From assembly GCA_037379345.1 (NCBI GenBank), contig CM074512.1, positions 34,348,001 through 34,412,000 on the forward strand: a stretch of 64,000 nt of DNA, read 5' to 3'. The notes under the pieces were generated by a model that saw nothing but the letters and a program-made list of their open reading frames with translations, did no database searches and had not been told where the DNA came from. A program made the translations under genes and the position numbers. Numbering within the stretch: position 1 is the stretch's first letter; the number at the start of each line of letters is the position of its first letter. The DNA comes from Perna viridis. Lineage: Eukaryota. This document shows positions 58,951 to 64,000 of the stretch, piece by piece.

Positions 58951-59690
58951 CAGTGGCGTATAAATTAAAGTGGATGCTAAAATCGGCAAGGGATATGGGG
59001 ACCACTCAATGTCCCCAGTGGATTCAAGGTAAAGCAAAAACGGTTTTAAGGTATTTTGAATTTGTTTTAAGCTTTATCCAGAGTGCAAAATTTTGATTTC
59101 GACAGGAACACCAAACTAATCACTCTTGACTAAACGCGGAAGCCTTGGGAAATAAACAAGAGTGTCTTGATATCCATAGTCTGTTTTCAAAAAAACATTC
59201 TGACCATTTGGTATAACAAAAGTCCAGCTTCCAGTTCCAGAGATGCCACTTTTGTAATCTTGTATTGCTTATCCATCGCCACGTCTCTATAAATGTATAG
59301 CATAGCAAGAGTTGGTATGTTGTCATCGTTGTTGTTGAGTGAGATTTAATTATGTTCATTGCGCTAAAAGATCTTTCTGCAGAGGTTGTTGAAACTGGCA
59401 TAGTTATAAGGACAGATAGGATATAAGAAATATTCGGGTAAAGATTTTTGTGTTTAGAAGTGTGTCATGGATTGTCTTAGGTTTCGTTTCAGTTATGGTC
59501 TATCTGGTTTTCCAACGAGAAATGTCTTCTTTAAGTTGTTCAAGGGTACCAATATCGTCTTCGTAATCATCGGGTATCTTCTCAATGTGAACTGCTGTCA
59601 AAATCTGCAGTTAAACTTGCACCAAACAATTTGCAAAAAACCTGTCTTCTGATTGAACTACACGTGACTCCTACTCCTGAAGCAGATGGT
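58951..59690 (-). mobile_element. decayed hAT transposon fragment (transposase C-terminal dimerisation domain)
   Basis: LYPNISYILSVLITMPVSTTSAERSFSAMNIIKSH on -, with frameshifts; CAGTGGCGTA terminus at 58951. Confidence 0.8.
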
Positions 59691-60671
59691 CAAGAAAACC
59701 GTAGACTAGAGAAACCTTCCTGTATTCATTTGGTTCTTGCACACTGCCGCCACATGATCATTTGCTCTGTGTATCTAGCGCCCATCGCGACACTGTGTGC
59801 CTGGTGGTGCATAGGTAAAATTGTGGTCGTGTAAATGTTAGGACACGCCTGTGCGCGCATTTTTGTCTCCAAATAAACCTTCCTATTTGTGGCCCTTTTA
59901 TGATCCTGCCTTTTGAAATATTTTTTATCGATTGCTTATCATGAATGTACTATTTAAAGAATGACAAAATATGTTTTCGGTCGATGAGGAAATAATCTCA
60001 ATCACGTGGTGCACACTAAATAACCTGCGCAAGTGTACACCACGGGCATTAAGGTTACTTCGAATAGACCGAAAAAGTATAACAGTTTTTCCGTATAGTT
60101 TGATTTTAGTTTCAAAATTTAAGGAATAAATCAGCAAAAAAAAAGGTTCATGACGTCACAGTCACATTACAAAATTTGGTCTATGAGGTAACGGACAAAA
60201 TTTTACTTCCAACTAGAAAGCGTGTTACATCTGAAATCGTCTTTCAAGTCGCATAAGGCAATTTCAGGATATGCTGGTAACATAGCTACGTAAAATCCAG
60301 CTCGATTCTATATGTTTGCGAGTCTATCCATCACCATGTAGCCAACTTTGTTTTTTTTATATGAAGAAAGGCAAGCACACTCTTCTGCGATTTATCCATC
60401 TTATTGTACATTGAATTTACTTATTAAGGAACAAGCACAGACCGCAACTAGTCAATACTTGTATCGTGTTAAAATTCTTTTGATTTTTTACATTGCGTTG
60501 GTGGTGTTCGTCTTATCGACAGGAAAGAATAACTTTACGTTGTCTAAGTTTGTGCACGGTATTGTTTTGTTTTGTATTTTTGATCGTAAACGTCTGTTAT
60601 ATTTGTAATGGAATTTTAATTTCAATTTCATTTATTTTTTTCGTTATATCAATACCGTCCCGAGGACGAAT

Positions 60672-60778
60672 AAGAGTAATCAAGGGAACCAAGGTTATGG
60701 CGGTAATCAAAGGAATGAAATCCAGGGACAAAAACCAGACATGGAAAACAGACATACACAACAAAGAACATTAAGTAA
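60672..60778 (-). mobile_element. terminal fragment of the dispersed repeat (matches 63804-63910)
   Basis: aagagtaatcaa.ggaaccaag.ttat.gcg.taatcaaa.gaatg...agggacaaa.accagacatggaaaacagacatac. Confidence 0.8.
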
Positions 60779-62228
60779 TTAAAATCCACATATCATTAGA
60801 GTATCTCATTATAATAAATTATAACAAATTTGTCATGATAGTGACAGGTATTGAACAGTAATGTCGTTCAATGGCAATCTTGTTCACACCACTTGTCTTT
60901 ATATCGAAACTGTACAGTTTTGTCTGGTATATGTTTATACCCAAGTCCGTCTGTCCTTCATTCCGTTACACGGGAGGGGTACATTTTATCTGTTACTCCT
61001 ACACCACTGAATAGAGTTAAATGAAACTTTCACAGAATCTTTTTGACATGTTCCCATTGTGTACCTCCTATTCAAAATGTGCATGTTACCAAATGGAATT
61101 GGGGTGGGGGTATCAAGATAGTGAGCATTGCTAACGGTTTTTCAGTTTGTATTATTTTTACGACTTTTCTCCAAACTTCGTTTTGTTTATATTTCCCATT
61201 CTTTATTATTTTCTCTGTTGAGACGTTTTTTTTCATATTTAAATGACATTGTCAGTATTTGTATTTTCCAGTATTTCTAAATAAGTTTGATCGATGGAAG
61301 GTTAGTGATCCTTTGATCGTAAGATCTTTATTCCAACATACCTACGTCAGTCTAAGTGACTATCTCATACAGTAAAACTTATCTTAACTTACAAATGGTT
61401 CGGTTTTGGCGACATTGTTCCCTTTTAATAATTAACACGTATGTTTCGTATTGAGTTCGGTAAAAATAATGAATCAATGACTATTTCAAAGCTGTTATTT
61501 ACCATTTCCGAGAAATATGGGCCAAACGTTGGGTCCGCCTAAATGTGAACTTTTTTTTATTTGTGGGCTAATTTTATTCGATGTCTATAGAAATCCTTCG
61601 TTTGTGTATGTGTGTGTGTGTAGTTGTTTTCTGTTTTAGTTAGAAAATTCACAAAATGCATTGAAAGACAAGTTTCAAACACCCAGGTGCCAGTGGTAAT
61701 AAACTTTTAATTTTTGTCAAAAGCTGTTTAGACAATCCACCATTCTTTGAATGAGACACAATGTTTAGTTAGTCAACCATTATCTACCCGTGTCAAATAC
61801 AATAGAGCATCCATATTGGTCACCAACTTACATGGTCCAATATGCTGCCGTCGCTTCATCTTGCGCTCTGCGTATTTTATCTAGGTATGCTACACGAGAT
61901 GCGTTATCAGACTTTTCAGATCTTAAAACGTATCTAGCAATAATTTGCGTAAAAACTCAAACCTTTGCGTAATGACACAAACATGTGTGCAATAACTCAA
62001 AATTTGGCGTAATCTATAACGCAATAAAATAAAATTTATGTGCTGATAATACGCTTCCGTACGGACCGATGATACGCTTCCGTACTACGGAATATATCAT
62101 AATTATAACAATTACAAATAACGTTGAACATATTAATAATGAACATTTAAACGATTATATGTACATATTTTTTAAGTATTATCTGTTACAAAGGTCTATT
62201 TCTTTTTCGTTGTGTATATATAAGATAA

Positions 62229-62400
62229 GGAAAACAGACACATACAACAAAGAAAGTGAAATAACCAAAATAATACGTAAAAAGAAACACAAGTAAATGA
62301 GCAACTCTGACTCCACTAAAAACTGGGAGAATGGACCAGGTGCACCGGTAGGGTAAGCGTCCTCTGCTTTTCCAGAAATACCCGCCGAGTTGCTCATAAC
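62229..62400 (-). mobile_element. dispersed structured repeat (probable Penelope-like 3' module)
   Basis: An 11-bp perfect IR (62297-62307 / 62387-62397) brackets a core shared with the 42701 and 63943 copies. Confidence 0.75.
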
Positions 62401-62735
62401 ATAAAACTATGACACGGGGAATCGGTTCCCAAAGTGCATCGAAAGGCATCGAAGTTGGTTAAAATCTTCTATCATATCAGAAATATTAACTACTTAATCA
62501 TACTTTTGTATGTTCTAGCTTTATCTAGTGGAGTTCATGAAAAAACAGTTGTTTCTGCAATAAATGAACGTTGGTGGTTGCCTTGCTTATTGTTTCAGTC
62601 ATTCTATCAACCTGTAGTATAGAATAAGTAGGTTTTCAACAACACCAATTGCGGTAAATTAATTAGTTTAAAATGTCTCTAAGGTCGATATAAAGTGTAT
62701 CATTAAGAAATAAATCACGTAAACTACATTTTATC

Positions 62736-62836
62736 ATTGTTTTACCACGGGCTGGCCATTTATGTGGCATTGTTTTACCCCGAGCGATAGCGAGGGTTAA
62801 ATAGCGACATAAATGGGCAACCTGTGGAAAAACAAT
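62736..62836. repeat. long imperfect palindrome with central ccgagcgatagcgagg (Crypton-like non-autonomous element)
   Basis: ~43-bp arms attgttttaccacgggctggccatttatgtggc / gcgacataaatgggcaacctgtggaaaaacaat. The family label is inference. Confidence 0.6.
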
Positions 62837-63803
62837 AATAAAACGGAGTTTCGGTTCTAATAGGACTAGTTTCTTCATATTTCTAATAGATGCAGTCTAT
62901 GTGTTGCACGAAATGATGGTCATGTATTTATCACTTATTTTACCACGGCTGTGGTCTAAAGAGCTTTGAATAATTTATTGTCCATAAACTCCTTTTAAAT
63001 AGTTTACAGGGTTATTAATTGTTTTTTTTTTTTTGTTTATTTATTGTCACATGTTAACTCTATTTCCAGGTTGTGAGCGAATTTTTTACCAATTTAAATA
63101 TTAGTTTCAGAATTTGAAAGAAAACGGTAATTTGTTCTCATGTCCCTTTTTGGTTATCGTTTCACTGCAGAACTTCTGTCCCAAAGACGCGACGTACTTA
63201 CATAGTTTACTTGACTTATCTTTTTAGAAGCAATATTTTGAATAAGATAAAGATGTTACAAGCACATTAAAACGCATTGCTGTATAAAACATTGGTCTTA
63301 ACATTCCTATAAAAATTGAAGAGGTAATAAAAATGTATACGAATTGATACAAATTGAGTTATAAAAGCTTATCTAAAAATACTTTTTTCTGTTTTTGTCC
63401 GCGACTTTTTATGGTAGATATAGTAGTCTTCTATGTTAAAAATAAAATAATAAACCAATTCGTTGCTCGATGTTAAATGCAAAAACAGTCATTGTAATGT
63501 TGTCATTCAGTATATTTGTTGCACAATATAATATCGGGTTTCCGTTAGATATGGTTCATATCAAGACTGAAATTGTTGCATTCGTTAAAAAGACAAATGT
63601 TCGAGTTCTGAGTGCCCTCTACTTCATCTTATATTTATGACTTGGGGCAGATATTTAATGTAAGGTCTAGTACCTTCTTAAGTAATCGCATTTTTTCAAT
63701 TGTACGTGTAGATATTTGTCTTTTATACTCTAATATTGTTTCAAACACACTTCTCTAATTCCCTCGATTTCACAACCTGCATGTGTATTGTGCTAATGTG
63801 TTA

Positions 63804-64000
63804 AAGAGTAATCAAAGGAACCAAGATTATAGCGTTAATCAAAAGAATGTAGTCTAGGGACAAAGACCAGACATGGAAAACAGACATACTTAATGAAGAA
63901 CATAAAGTAACAAAAATCATGCATACAAAGTAACAAAAGCAAATGAGCAGCTTGGAATCAACTAAAAACTGGGAACATGGACCAGGTGCACTGGTAGGGT
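63804..64000 (-). mobile_element. dispersed repeat copy truncated by the window edge
   Basis: Joins the 60672-type terminus to the 62297-type core. Confidence 0.8.

Overview
AT-rich, intron-rich animal genomic DNA. The repeat content suggests a bivalve mollusc, probably a mytilid; that is inference, not a database result. Most ORF-track entries are spurious or exon read-throughs. Manual splicing gives four genes. (1) The 3' half of a divergent myosin-VII-like gene on + (1-17806; tail MyTH4-FERM-SH3-MyTH4-FERM, 25 exons, ~1095 aa in window), with a U12 AT-AC intron (8659-9390) and a candidate 21-nt micro-exon. (2) A single-coding-exon NHL-type beta-propeller gene (20981-21901 +). (3) A three-coding-exon gene missed by the ORF track (24416-26226 -), encoding a 119-aa prepropeptide: signal peptide, RQKR furin site, then a Cys-free anionic 11-mer amphipathic-repeat peptide. 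(4) A complete chordin-like gene on - (31585-50149; signal peptide, 3 VWC domains, long K/R-rich tract, CHRDL C-terminal domain, 478 aa) with two further candidate first exons. Non-genic sequence holds a highly structured SINE-like retroposon without a tRNA head, degenerate hammerhead-bearing Penelope-like repeats, a head-to-head tRNA-like palindrome, several MITEs (one nested, with TSD), hAT and LINE remnants and short tandem arrays. The best novelty candidates are the secreted amphipathic peptide, the structured retroposon in its intron, and the alternative chordin-like starts.
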